From NCBI GenBank assembly GCA_965287045.1, contig OZ336876.1:51088001-51152000 (forward strand): a stretch of 64,000 bases of DNA. The letters are read 5' to 3'. A program made the translations under genes and the position numbers. Under the pieces are notes generated by a model. The model did no database searches. It was not told where the DNA came from and saw only the letters and a program-made list of their open reading frames with translations. Below, piece by piece: positions 32,646 to 46,663 of this stretch. This stretch comes from Carcharhinus amblyrhynchos (lineage: Eukaryota). The stretch's first letter is position 1, and every line of letters starts with the position of its first letter.

Positions 32646-35600
32646 TGTGTGTTATTTACTCAAGATTTCATACTCATTTGTCAGAAATGTCCTTGTTTTG
32701 AAAGAACTGTTACATTTAATCTAGCTATTTTTAGAATTGGCATGAACAAACAAAATAGCAATGCACCATTGTATTTGGGACACTTCTTTTGATAAGCACG
32801 AAGCAGTTGAGTTTGAGGAACAGCATTCGAAGAATTAATAAAACTGTTGGCTTTCACAAGTTAGGGGTTCAAAGCAGAAACAAGACAATGGTTTTCTCAA
32901 ATTTTTGTTTCAAAAAGAACGAAAGGCTCCATTCCATTCTCTGTTTGAAGCTAAGTTTGAACAAAAATGAGAGAAATGAAAGCGTCAAAACTTGTCATAC
33001 ATGACTGAACTTGCATATTCAGTCTGAAGTGGTTCTACCAAAACTGATGAATTCCTTAATTGCTATATCTTTGTTTTATAATACTTTTAATATTTACCAT
33101 TACTTGAGCTTGACATCGCTATTTAATTGCAAAAGATTTTAATCATTCTGTTAAACATTGTTCTCTACAGGTGTATTTTAAGGAACTGTCTTTCAATAGT
33201 CTAACAGTCTGGAATGAACTTCATTCTTATGTTGTATGTTTGTAATGGTATATATCCCAAAGGTTAATAATCATCCCACTTGCAGTAATAACAGCCCATG
33301 TTTCTCAGTTAAGTAGTGGCCAGCACTACTGACCTCAAAGAAAGCAGTCCTCAAAGATCTAGCAACCTCCATGACATGAATTTCCCCTTTTCCAGTCAAC
33401 TGAATCTGTGCCAGATCCAAAAAATCTCTAGGCACCCAGCAACACCAATGTCATCAAGCAGGCTCCATAGCCAATCACATTAAAGAATTCTTACAAACAA
33501 CAAATTGGTAAGTAAAATGCAACAATTAAAATTTTACTTCTTATGGATTTTTACAGAAAGCAAATTAAAGATTGGGACATATATATGCGAATAAGTTCTA
33601 AAAAAATATATTTTATGTTACAAATCTATGCAATTATCATAGTATAGAAAAGTAAAGGGCCAGAAAGATTGTCCAGCAATAAATATGATGTAGCATGCTG
33701 TTAAAATCCAAAAGATACAACATTCAACAAGGCAGAATAGTTTCAATTAAAAGAAGTGATAAGATAGCAAAAACAAAGAAGTTCACCTAATTTCAGATGA
33801 TTTATAAAATTGCCATCTATGCACATTTCTACAATATACCCTGTGGAATAGCACAGAAATTACTGATAGTGACTTCTGAATTTCTGTGTGAGGATGTCAG
33901 TAGTTGCTGTTGGTTTCACAGTTGTAATGTTGGCAAGCATTGACTGTTTGTAAACTACTGGGCTGGGGTTGCTAGCAATAACACATCTACTTCAACGCTT
34001 ACATACTTTGGCATCACTTCAAAATGCCACCAATTCAAAATTCTCACACTTGTGTTTAAATCATTTCTCGGCCTCGCTTTTCCCTTTCTCTGCAACTATT
34101 TCTACCCAATGTTGCCTACGACCAACAGAGCTCCTTGCCATCACCCAACTCTCTCGTTCTTTCAGCTCTGGCCTCATGTGAATCTTCATTGTCATCTACT
34201 GCTCCCTGACTTGGCATGGGATCAGGATACTGATCACCACTGATCAGTAGTAAAACAGAGTTGTCCTTGGAAGAAATATTGTGCAACCCCTTGAAATAGC
34301 ACCTTGAAAATCTCAGATATCGTTCTCTATATTTCATTACCTAAAGTCTGAATGCCTCAAGTCAAAGCTGCTGCATTAGAGGTGGTGACATGTTTTATGG
34401 ACTGTAACCTGGATTCCCGTTTCCTCAGAATGCTCTTGAATGCTGAGAAGCTCCCATTGACGTTTCCACAAATAAAGACATGGCACCAAGATTCCTGCTA
34501 TCTGCTGCAATGCCTTCAGGTGAGTTTGATGCTCGAGCAATATCCTTCTTTTCACAGGAGAACACCGAGAGATCATCAACCAAATGCTCCTACCCTCTTT
34601 CAGCAATATCCTCCTCCACTACTCTTCCTTTGTCTCCCTTAGACAGCATGTAACACCCAGTTTGGGTTACATCTTTATATCTCTCTTTCTAGGCTGATGA
34701 GTGCTTAGTTCATATGCTTACACTCTTAGGTTTTTTGCTGTATTTTTAAAGGCAATATTGATCAAGAGCCTGTAAAGTGTAAAAGAAATGGATGAATGGC
34801 AGCTTTCTGCCAACATAGGCTGCTGGATAGGAGTGTAATTGATGGCATGGATAAATTTCTGACAGACTGTCCAGGCTATTGATAGTCCGTTGCCATTGGA
34901 TAAAATCCCCTCTTTGCTTCTTTCTTGTTGCTAATTCCTGTGGAGGAAAAGCAATGGTGAAATGCTAGTCTTCCTTTTCCTTTACTGTTCTACAAATATA
35001 TCATTGGTGTATGGATGTCAGAAAATTGACATCTTTTAAGATCTATGTACATTAGCAGGGTGGTCGGCATAAAATAACTGGATGCAGAATCTCCCAAATT
35101 GGAGTGGGATCCCCACAACGCTACTGCTTTCCGATCACATTAATGGACTAATGATGGCTATTTCTTCTCCTGTAGTTGACAGGCATGCCATTTTTCTATG
35201 ATGGGAATATAATGCATTTTATTTTCAATCATATGCTGATTCATTTTAAAACGATTGGAGATTTCTGTATCACTTCTCCAACAGAGTGCTAATAGGGAAA
35301 GTATACACATGCATTGTAGAATTCTACAGTCATCAAACAAAATTCCGCCAAATTTCGTTTGTTTGTTTATACTCTTATGCTTGTTGCTGTACCTTTAGTG
35401 ATAATATTAATCTACAGCCTGTAAAGTGTATAAAAATGGATGACTGGCAGCTTGCTGCCAACAATAGTTAGTTCTGTTGATCTTATGAGGGTTGGGGGTA
35501 GCTACTCGCTCCCTGTGCCACCTCCTTCCTGCACGGTTTTGTGTATTGGCAGCTCTCTTGCTACTCACTTCCACAATTTCATTTCCAGCTTAAGAATACT

Positions 35601-36669
35601 TGCATCAGCTTCCAAGGGTATTGAGGCTCTCCCTCTTCTGATTCGGCAGAACCGTGGCTTCACCAGCTGTGTGTTTTATGAGCTGTCTAGCTTTGAAAGC
35701 TGCAGCCACACAATCAGTTCCTTCCTCTGGTCCGTCACAACTCCTCAATGTAGATTTTCTTGTCACAAGTAACGAACTGCTGGTGAGACTTGGGTCTGTC
35801 GCTGGTCAGGCAATATTTGCTGACACCAGGTTTGCTGTCCATAACAGCATCAGCGTCAGGTTAGAGATTCTGCACTTAGTGATGCATCATGAGGCTTCTT
35901 GGAGAGACAATGTAAACAAGATTTATATATTTATCTAGCACTACCGATTCTGAATCACTCATAAGTAGGTTTGTTTTAAGCATAGTACAGGAAGGTAGTT
36001 GGTACTGAGGTTGACAGTAAAGATGGCCTGTCCTTTTACCCTGGCACTTGCCTTTGTGATTAATATTAACTACAGATGAAATTTGAAGATGTCAAGTCCT
36101 AATCCAGTTTTTGATGGATTCTAGGGTAGACATCTTTTTGCTTTCCTGTATGTTTTTGGTAAATCCTTTTATTCTTCTGCATTTTTAAATTCTCATTCAC
36201 TTTCACCTCATTATGCACTTCCCCATTGTTCCTCACTGGTGTGCCGCTCAGCTCTTTGCTTTGCTGATTTATTTCACGACCACAAATCAATCTGCAACTT
36301 TTGCTGCTACTCAGAGGATCTCCAAAAACCACAGGAGCTAAAAGGCATTGGGAGTTGAAACATACATTGTCAGCTTAGAAAGAGTAGCAAACAGAAGAAC
36401 GAGGTGAGATTTGAAGAGGTTGATAGATATTTGAGTCCAACTTTCCTACGAGTGGAACAGCAGAGCCTCTTATTAAGCATAGATCACATGGATTAAACAA
36501 TACATTCTCAGACAAGATGAGAAATACATCCCAAGAACAGTCCTGATAAAGCAGCATTGATACTAACGACCTACGAAATGATCATTAAAAAGCTGTTGAA
36601 TAAAAAGTAAATTGAAAATTATGAGTAGAATGTATGCTCATAGCTTTACTCAAAAGCAATGAATTTAAT

Positions 36670-37240
36670 TTGATTCAGAAAGCCCACCAACGCCTGTATT
36701 TTCTCAGGAGGTCAAGAAAATTTGGCATGTCTGCTACTACTCTCACCAACTTTTACAGATGCACCATAGAAAGCTGTATTACAGGTTAGTATGGCTTATT
36801 GTTTTGTCCAAAACTGCAAGAAATTACAACAGGCATGAATGAAGCCTAGTCCATCACTCAAACCAGCAGCCCATCTACTGACTTGATCTGTACTTTCCGC
36901 TGCCTTGGAAAAGCAGCCAGCATAATTAAGGACCCCATACACCCCGAACATTCTCTGTTCCTCCTTCTTCCATCGAGAAACAGATACAAAAGTCTGAAGT
37001 CACGTATCAACCGACTCAAGAACAGCTTCTTACCTGCTGCCATTGGACTTTTGAATGTGGACCTACTATTTATTAAGCTGATCTTGCTCTACACCCTACC
37101 TGTGACTAACCACATTCTGCACCCTCTCTTTACCTGCTCCCTTATGTACTTTGTGAACATTATGCTTTGTCTGCATATTGCGTAAGAAACAATACTTTTC
37201 ACTGTATACCACGTATGAGATTATATATCAAAATCAAATC
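36670..37240 (+). mobile_element. Rex1/Babar-type LINE 3' fragment (second tail copy ~37300-37467)
   Basis: KAHQRLYFLRRSRKFGMS..TLTNFYRCTIES and IIKDPIHPEHSLFLLLPSRNRYKSLKSRINRLKNSFLPAAIGLLN; tail repeats tcaaa. Confidence 0.85.
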
Positions 37241-40017
37241 TTCTGAACTGTGGGTGGAAACCACAGCACCCAGAGGAAACCCACACAGAAATGGGGATAT
37301 CTTATACTAAACTGATCTTTCTATATGCCCTAGCTATGACTATAACACTACATTCTGTACTCTCTCCTTTCCTTCTCTATGTATGGTATGCTTTATTTGT
37401 ATAGCACTCAAGAAATAATATTTTTCACTGTATGCTAACACATGTGATGATAATAAATCAAATCAAAAAGGTGAGCTGCAGACATGAAATGGTTGTCTTA
37501 AGGTTGCTGACCAGTTTTGAGATACAGAAATGCAAGCCAACTAGGACACCAGATGAGGCACATCCTCCTTGAGTGGGGCCTGTGGAAGCACAGTCAGATT
37601 TTAGGTCAGAAGTTTGAAGTATTACCTAGATGTACAACAACATCTCATTTCTTGCTGTTAATAACAACTGCATCTGTGAAACGTATTTAAAATACATTTT
37701 CAGTGAGGGTCTGGATACTTTTGAGGAAGCAAATATGTAATTACATTATCTGGATAAGAATTTGTATTTCATTCAAATGACCACCCCAGAAAAAACCCTC
37801 AAGTCCTCATTCAATCTCAGCTGGTTGATTTGTCAACTATAAAATCCTCCTATCTGCTAAGCAACATTATGGTTGTCAGGGAAAGTTAGAAAAAGTATTT
37901 TTTGTTGAGAAAAATAACAGGCAGATGAAGTGGAACATTTTGATATGAAAAGACTGCGGCCTTTTTTTTCCTTAAACGCACTAACTGACATTCTTGTAAT
38001 AACCATCAATTTGCATCAGCACCTAGTGTGAACAGTGTGAGTTGGCAGTGCCAGGTTTTATCACCCCATTCAGTATCACTTCGTGGTTTCACATGAAAGA
38101 CATTCTGCTCATAGGTGTGCAAAGACTAGTTAAAAAAGAGTCGAACAACAATTAGAAGTTCAAAATTAAGATTCAGTAAGTTTCTAGCCAGGTATGGTTT
38201 AGGCAGGGCAATCCGATTTAAATCCACAGATGGCAGGATCACAGCAGTGGTCCATCAGCCAAGCATATGTATCAAAAGTCTTCTTGTCCTGAGTAAGACT
38301 AGTCTTGCAGTAACACAAGAATCAACAAGGTAAAACTAACCTGGCTCATGATGGTCTAATTCCCACTCACTTCACAATACTTGCAGTTAACTGTAGCAAG
38401 CTACTAGAATTATAGCTTGGTGATTTTACTCTTCAGTTCTCTAGCAACCTCATGCTGAATAAAGGCAAAAACTGCATTACAATTGAGCCAAACAAACCTC
38501 TTGTAAAAAAAATCTGATCCTTGCACAGCACTGATCATGGCAATCAGTGATGCTGCTGTGAGAAATGCTGATTGAAAATGAGGCATCTTTCTACAGGAAT
38601 GATAAAATGTGATAGAAAGTCAACTGCAAATTCCTACAGAACGTCTCCAATCATTGAATCAGAATGACAACAGGAAGACTCTGGGAGCACATTATCTGCC
38701 AAAAAATGGTTTGGCCCACAGAAGAATAAAGGAATTCATATTCTCTCTGGACATAACTTTATGTAAGTAACATAAAATTGTCCAGAGTCAGATGAACACT
38801 GTGTTTCTGAGACTAACCCTTTGCATACCTTATTATTTTATCGTACCTTGGTAGCAAAGGCTTCAGCAGTGTAATACTCTCTCTAAATCTCTCCTTCTCC
38901 CCATTTCCTCTTAGCCTTTAAGAAGCTTCTCCAAACCCATTCTTTAACCAAGCTTTTAGCCCCCCTTTTCTTACATCTTTGGGAAATTCTTTCATTTTCA
39001 TTGCGAATTGTTGTACAATGAGCACTTGTTATGTATAATAATTGGATCCCTATAAGCTCTTCTGATAAAAGAGTCATGTTCACAAAGAAATAACACAGAG
39101 CAATAGGAAATAATAAAAATACTAAAAAGGTGCTATGTATTTCAACAGATTACTTGTGCAAGAAACCTTAATGGGTTTAAATAGTAACTTGACAAATTCT
39201 TGTCAATAAATTGGATTCAGTGTTATTAGAAAATGCACAAATAGAATACTATGAATAGATAGCTTGGATGAACTGATACTACATGAAACTTGAATAATCA
39301 TAGCTCCTGAGTACCTAACACAGGATTCCTATGGTACATTCTCTCCACTAGCTAGCATCCCAAAGGCTTTACTTACTTCTTAATGTTGAAAAACTTGCTC
39401 TAACAATTTCACACTGACCATTTACTACAAATGAACTATTCAAGTACTGAAAACTGCACAAATCTGAGTACAGACAGAACAAACAGTTTTAATAATAAAA
39501 TTCTGCAATTGTGTCACATGCATTTACACACACCATAACATAACTAACTAATAAGAAGCTATCCAGACAGAAAGACTATGACCAATAGTAACATTCTCAT
39601 AATCCTGTCTAGCTGATAAATTGTGACAGGAATGAAAATATAATTAATTTCAGTTGGTAACTTTAGTTAAATAATCCTTGTAAAATAATCCCTTTCTGTG
39701 CTATTGCTAAAAAAAAATGGGATCAACAATTTGAACACAGGTATTTTATGAACTAAAGAGGAACTATAGCTCATCCAAAGGGAAAGCTGCTAGTCTTGAA
39801 ACTAAACATCACTCCAACTGAATATATAGTTTTGGTGGTACGAAAATCAATTATCCTCTAGTTAAAACTTGGATACTCTAATCTGACAGTTGGTATGTCA
39901 TCTTAAAGTTGCATGACTGGTCATGTGTCACAGGCAATGAACCATTGTGTAAACCTACATTTTAAAGATTCCAATTTTCAACTGAGGTTTCAATAACAAG
40001 AAAGCACAGATGAAAAT

Positions 40018-40290
40018 AGATTGAAGGTGAGGGGCAGGAGATTTAGAGAAGGTTTGAGGGAAAACATTTTCACCCAGAGGATGGTGGGAATCTAGAACTC
40101 ATTGCGTGAAAGGGAGATAGAGGCAGGAACCCTCACAACATTTATGGAGCATTGAGATGAGAACCTTAAATGCTGTAGCACACAAGCTGACATACTAAGT
40201 GCTGGAAAATGGGATTAGGATAGATAGGTGCTTGAAGGCCAGTGCATGAGCTGAAGGGCCTCTTTCTCTGCTGTACAACTTTGACTCTAA
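40018..40290 (+). mobile_element. CR1 LINE 3' fragment
   Basis: LKVRGRRFREGLRENIFTQRMVGI remnant; tail gctgaagggcctctttctctgctgtacaactttgactcta. Confidence 0.8.
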
Positions 40291-40369
40291 AAATTAAGTC
40301 CCACAAATTCTTGGAATTATGTTAGTCTTTTGCCAAAAGCGGATTTGGGAACATAGGCTCAAGATGGTT

Positions 40370-41150
40370 TGCTGAAATTCTGCCCAACTAGACTTGGAGT
40401 GGGGGGTGGGGGAAGAGATGCTCCCAGTCCACTGCGTTTCTCTAGCAGCGCAACGGGCCAGGAAACATTTAGCCGGCTTGTCACTGGGTGCTAAGTCCTC
40501 CACGCGTCTCCGGGGCCAGAATGTGTGGCATCTCCAGCTCCATGCCAGAAATCAGTATGGAGCTGATTTAAATATTAACCAAGGGGCACCCTGGCACTGC
40601 GCAGTTCTGTTGGGACAGGGCCAGAGGGGTCGGAACCTACGGGGGTAGACTGGTGGGGGTCCTGTTGCCAGTCTGAAGTTGGGATCAATGCTAGAGGGAG
40701 GGAAAGAGCTGATTGGGGCTGGCCATTGGGGTAGGGAGAAGGGTTGGGACTGCTGGAGGAGAGGGGGGGTGGATTCAGGAATGCTGGGTGGGGTGGTGGG
40801 GTCATCGGGGCTGGCTTGGAGACATCCAGGAGCCCAGCGATCGGGATGGGGAGGATCGGAGGAGCAGTGGTGCAGGGTCACGAGGCTGGCCAGAGATCAG
40901 GGGACCAGTAATGCGGGCTCCCTGTGCATGCGCCAATCTCTGGTATGACAGATTGGCGCATTCGCAGTGGCCTGTTCAGCGCTATGCTGCCAGCCTCTCA
41001 GGCTGGAAAGGCCCCAACCCCAAATTTTCAGCATGAATCTCCCTGAAGCACTCTGTGATGTACAAAGTGTGGGAGATTCATTCTGAAAATTTGGTTAAAG
41101 AAACCAGTGCGAGTTACTCGCGATTTTACACAAATTCAATACCTATAATT
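40370..41150. mobile_element. GC-rich non-autonomous DNA transposon remnant
   Basis: Sharp GC/CpG-rich island inside an AT-rich intron, with an internal inverted segment (tgcgcatgc-type) and non-conserved overlapping ORFs. Confidence 0.45.
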
Positions 41151-41799
41151 TTTTGCCTCCTGGATCTTTAAATTCTGGCTGGAGGTTACCCACGGACAGA
41201 TTCTGTTCCCATTTCAAAGAAATGTTGAAGAAGTTTTTGAACTTCTCTGGAAAATTCTTGCTTTTATGCCTGTGAAAGATCTTGATGGAATTAATGCACT
41301 TGGCCTGAGTCCCTTTGGTATTTTGTGGAGATCCCAAATCTTAACCAGAATAATGCAAACAATCCTAAAGGAGAAAAACTGCCCTTTCTGATTATAGTGG
41401 TTTTAGCATGAGTTGAAAACTTATTTTTAAAAAGGAGAATAATTTTTCTCCAACTCATCTGGACCCATGGAGAGATTTGGAATGGGCTGATTTGGCCTCG
41501 ATTGGACCAGGGGCCGCAGATATTATCATACCAAAGAATTAACTGCTGATTGTGCTCAACCCACAAGTGACCATCCTCAGTGGGAAAGTATACATAGTGC
41601 AAGTTTACTTAAAAGACTGACTTTCATCCACGGTTTAAAGTCTCCGGAGCCAGTGGACGTAATTTTCACATCCCGCAGTAACGTCCCAAAATGCATGATA
41701 TAGTACATTACTTGGAAATGTAATGACTTTTGTCAAGTAGATAGATACAACAGTTATTTTTGTGTGCAAAAATATCACATCTATGGGATGAACGATGAG

Positions 41800-42003
41800 T
41801 AATTTGGGTTTTGCTTTTCTAACGCTGCTATGGCACATTTAACATCCACCTGAATGCGACAGCATCAAAACAGCTCCAACAATATAAAACTCTCTCAGTA
41901 CTGCATTATTCAGGATTATGTGCTCATGGCATTGAGTGGGTCTTCAATTCTCAGCCTTCTGATTCAGAGCTCTGAATCCTGCCAACTGAGTCAAGCTGAC
42001 AAT
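41800..42003 (-). mobile_element. Ancient DeuSINE/SacSINE-like fragment
   Basis: The minus strand has a tRNA-like head (cttgactcagttggcagg...tctgaatcagaagg) followed by gcagtactgagagag...caggtggatgttaaa, resembling the Deu domain. Confidence 0.45.
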
Positions 42004-42495
42004 TGATAGATCTTCTGTGCACAAATATACAATATTTCCATCTCTGATTCACGAAGCATTATGAACGACAGTTATTAGGAAAAGATGGAACTTAGGAAAT
42101 GTGGGGGAGAGAGAGAGTGAGCGAAAGTAAAATTGTGAATGTTGAAGTCCTGAATGTGAATTCATTGAAAGCCTATTTCTCATTTTCAAATGCTACCTAA
42201 CTTATGCTTTGCATTCTAATGAAAACAATAAACAGTACTGTTTCATTCTTATGTGGCTACAGACAAGGATGGGCCGCTAGCAAGGTTTATAGCTCACTTA
42301 CCTCCTATCTGAAAGATTTATGTTCTAAGAAGGAGCTTCATTGCACAGTTGCATATTTTGACTCCCATGGACATACATAGTGCTAGGTTTTGTTCAATTA
42401 GTTGCCACTTGTTGAGTAAGAATTTCACCATAAGGGGTTGGAAGTGTAAAGCTACAACAAACCACAAAAGAGGAGGAGCACATTAACAAAACAGG

Positions 42496-42534
42496 GAGAG
42501 AGAGAGAGAGAGAGAGAGTGAGAGGCAGAGAGAG
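42496..42534. repeat. (GA)n microsatellite
   Basis: Direct reading of the sequence. Confidence 0.95.
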
Positions 42535-43299
42535 AAAAAAAACATAATGCTTATTCATGCAATTGGCATGTTTCTTTCTTTCTCCCTCCCAGTTGTTAAT
42601 AGCTGAAAAGCAAGTTGATCACAAGAGAGAATACATTAGCATGTACCTACCATTACTTAACTCTCACTAGGGGAGAGAGACTTAAAAACCACCTTGTCTT
42701 TTTTATTTTCTAGGCATTCATTATGAAGCTGAACAAGAAAATACAAAAATTATATCCTTGTGTCCTCCATCACAATAAGATGGACTAACAGTGATACATG
42801 TTAAACTGCATGTTCTAACCCAGGATTTTCATGAAGTCAACTATGAAGTCCATTCTGTTACTTTGGTGCAGACTTTGAATGAAATTATATAATTGAAGTC
42901 CTTCTAAGAAGGCAACATCACCTGATTTTAAATCTGGAGATTTCAAAGGTGCAACATAAATTGTAGATCATTTAATATGCATGTGAGGGGTTCTCAGCAT
43001 TTGCTAAGACATTGCAATGTTAAGCTTTGGCTAAGTGTGGAGCTTTGGTGTCATAATCATTCCCTAAATTAGTTCCTTTCCCCATATCCAAACTGTTACC
43101 AAGCCAACCTTTTATCACCTTAGAAATATCATCCAGCCACACCCTTCGTCCTCCCTCAGGGCTGCTGAAATTTAAATCCATACATTTATCAACCCAAGGC
43201 TCCACTTCTTTAATGCTCTTGCTGCTAGCATGCCTACAATCTTGACAATCTACTCATTATTCTCCAAATTATATTAACTCATAACTACCACGTAAAATA

Positions 43300-44280
43300 T
43301 TATTGGGCCCTACTCTCTTCTGCTAAAGCTTCTCATTGTAGGACAATCCTAAAATGCAAACATAACCCCTGGTGTTCTTTTCACTACTTCAACAATTTCC
43401 ACTAGCCCACTGGGCCAACTTTGTCTAAAGCTTTCCACTGCCCCAACTCATTTCTTTCTGTAGTTTCTCTCCCATCTCCCCTCATGTCCTCTCTGAGCTC
43501 ACCTTGTCATGAGACCCATCTCCTGCCTTTCAACTAAACAGCTGACCTAACTTCCTTTCCTGGTCTCTGTGCAAGATGATATTATGAGCAACTCTTTCTG
43601 CTGCTGTTATCCCTCTCTCCTTTCAATCTGCAGTCATCACCGCTAATCTAAAAAAACCCTTGACACTGCATCCTTGCAAACTTCCACCCCATCTCCAACC
43701 TCCCTTCTGTGAACATGTTATCATCTCCCAAATCTGTGTTCATCTTTCCCAGAGCTCCATGTTCAATCCTTCAGATTAGGTTTCCGCCTTGCTACAGTAA
43801 CGAAACAAAGCAGCTAATGTTCTCCCACATGACTATGAAAAGGTAAACTTTCCTTCCTCATCCTTCTCAACTTCAGCCTTTGACGTAGTAGATCACACCA
43901 TCCTCTTCCAATGTCTCTCTACATCCTCCAATTGGATGGGACTTCTCTCATGTGGTTCCATTCTTATCTATCCAATTGTAGCCACGCAATCACTTGCTGT
44001 GACTTCTCTTTCTGTTTCCAAAACATTGCCTCTGGAGTCCCCCAAGGATCTATTCTTGGCCTCCTCTTGCTTCCCACCTCAATGCTGCCGGTTGCAAACA
44101 ACATCCAAAAGCACAGCATTGGTTGTCACATGTACATTGACAACACCTAGCTCCACCTCACCACCATCTTTCTTGACTCTTTTACTGCTGCTAAATTATG
44201 AGAATGCTTCTCCAACATCAAACATTGGATGATCAGAAATTTCCTCCAACTAAATATTGCGAAGACTAAAGCTACTGGCC
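43300..44280 (+). mobile_element. L2-clade LINE RT fragment, degenerate
   Basis: SAFDVVDHTIL, WFHSYLS, SGVPQGSILG, HMYIDNT (YADD-like) and WMIRNFLQLNIAKT motifs. Confidence 0.8.
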
Positions 44281-44922
44281 TTATATCTCCTTATTAGACT
44301 CAGGATCATATTTTGTTTTATAATCTTCTGTGAAGTGCCTTGAGACTATTACAATAAAGGATACAATATAAATATAAATTGCTACCATTCTTTTAGTTGC
44401 TATGTTCCTAGGCCAGAACATTTTTTCCTAAATACCTTTTGTTTCTGCTGCAATTTCTACTTACAAAGCCCTCCTACAATGGTCATTTATTCCAGTGTCT
44501 GGTTCCTTCCTTCCAACATTCACTTTTACTTCTCTTCTACGTGGTGCTACTTTGCATCTCCATTCTGATATCTTTCTATATGCAAGGTATAGTAGAGAAA
44601 TGCAAGCTATTGCTGCTTTAATATAACACAACACTCCTTGCTAATACTGCTGCACAAAAAAAATCAATCGTACTATGGCACAATACAATAGTCCTCGTAG
44701 ATTTTGACAATGCTGGGCTTCATATGCACTACCAGAGTTCTTATGTACTTCCAGGATTCGAGAAGACAACAATCCATTGTATGGCTGTTATGATTCTCAC
44801 AGATTTCTCCCATTTGCTCAGAGGTACATTTCACAGGCAGGACAGCACGTTCTAGCCACTCCAGTGATAATGCTGTTTTTTTTTAAATAACTCCCTCCGA
44901 TTTTTATTTCTTCCAACTTCAC

Positions 44923-46663
44923 AAGAGTAACTAGGGAGTGGGTAGGGCCTCTTAAAGATCAACAAGAGATGGTGAGATCCTAAGTGAATATTTATCATCA
45001 GTATTTACTGTTGAGAAAAGCATGTGTGTTCGGGAATTTGGAGAAATAAATAGTGATGTCTTAAGGAGTGTACATCTAACAGAAAAGGAATTGCTGAAAG
45101 TCTAAAAGCACATCAAGGTAGATGAATCCCCAGGACCTGATGAGGTATATCCCAGGACATTGTGGGAGCCTAGGGAGGAAATTGCAGGTCCCCTAGCAGA
45201 GATATTTGAATCAACAGCCACAGGTGAGGTGCCTGAAGATTGGAGGATAGCAAATGTTGCCCCTTTGTTTAAAAAAGGGCCACAGGGAAAAGCCTGGGAA
45301 TTACAAGCTGGTGAGCCTCACATCTGTGATGGCTAAGTTGTTAGAAGGTATTCTGAGAGACAGGATCTACAGGCATTTAGAGATGCAGGGACTGATTAGG
45401 GACATGGCTTTGTGAGTGAGAAGTCACGTCTCACAAATTTGATTGAGTTTTTTTTGAAGGGATAACAAAGATGATGAGGGCGGTGCAGTTCATGTTGTCT
45501 ACATGGCCTTTGACAAGGTTCCACATGGTAGGTTGTTGCATAAGGTTAAATCTTATGGGATCCAGGGTGAGGTAGCCAAATGGATACAAAATTGGCTCGA
45601 TGACAAAAGACAAAAAGAGTGGTTGTGGAAGGTAATTTTTTTTAAACAGGAGGTCTGTCACCAGCGTTGTGCCTCAGGGATTGGTGCTGAGTCCGCTGTT
45701 ATTTATCATTTATATTAATGATTCGGATCAGAATTTAGGAGGCGTAGTTAGTAAGTTTGCAGATGGCACCAAGATTGGTTGCATAGTGGACAGTGAAGAA
45801 CGTTATCTAGGATTGCAACAATATCTTGATCAATTGGGCCAGTGAGCTGACAAATGGCAGATGGAGTTTAATTTAGATAAATGCAAGGTAATAGATTGAA
45901 CCAGGGCAGGACTTACTCAGTTAATGGTAAGACGTTGGGGAGTGTTATAGGACAAAGAGATCTAGGCATACATGTTCATAGTTCCTTGAAAGTGGAATCA
46001 CAGGTGGACTGAGTGGTGAAGAAGGCATTTGGCACGCATGGTTTCATTGGTCAGGACATTGAATACAGGACATCTTGTTGAAGTTGTATAAGACATTAGT
46101 AAGGCCACACTTGGAGTACTGTGTACAGTTCTGGCCACCCTAATATAGAAAGGACATTATTAAACTTGAAAAAATGCAGTAAAGATTTACTAGATGCTAT
46201 AGGGACTTGATGGTTTGAGTTATAAAGAGAGGCTGGATAGAGTGGGACATTTTCCACCGGAGCATAGGAGGCTTAGGGATGATGTCAGAAAGGTCTACAA
46301 AATAAAGGGGGGGGGGGGGGCATAGATCAACTAAACAGTCAATACTTTCCCTAAATGTAGGAGAGTCTAAAACTAGAGGGTATAGGTTTAACCTGAGAGG
46401 GGAGAGATACAAAAGGGTCCAGAGGGACAATCTTTTCACACAGAGGGTGGTGAGTGTCTGGAACAAGCTGCCAGAGGTAGTAGTAGAGACAGGTACAATT
46501 TTGTCTTTTAAAAAGCACTTATACAGTTACATGGATAAGATGGGTGTAGAGGGATATGGGTCAAACATGGGCAACTGGGACTAACTTAGTGGTTAAAAAA
46601 AAGGGTGGCATGGACAAATTGGGCTGAAGGGTCTGTTTCCATGCCGTAAATGTCTGTGACTCT
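44923..46663 (+). mobile_element. CR1 LINE, 5'-truncated; same subfamily as 12266-14724
   Basis: SPGPDEVYPRTL, VPEDWRIANV, AFDKVPHGRLLHKV, SKFADGTK remnants; tail ctgtgactcta. High visible identity to the 12.3 kb copy. Confidence 0.92.

Noticed and set aside
41143-41720. Short open frames on both strands that look exon-like
   Set aside because: No match to ASXL2 peptides, no consistent splice phase and no recognisable family.
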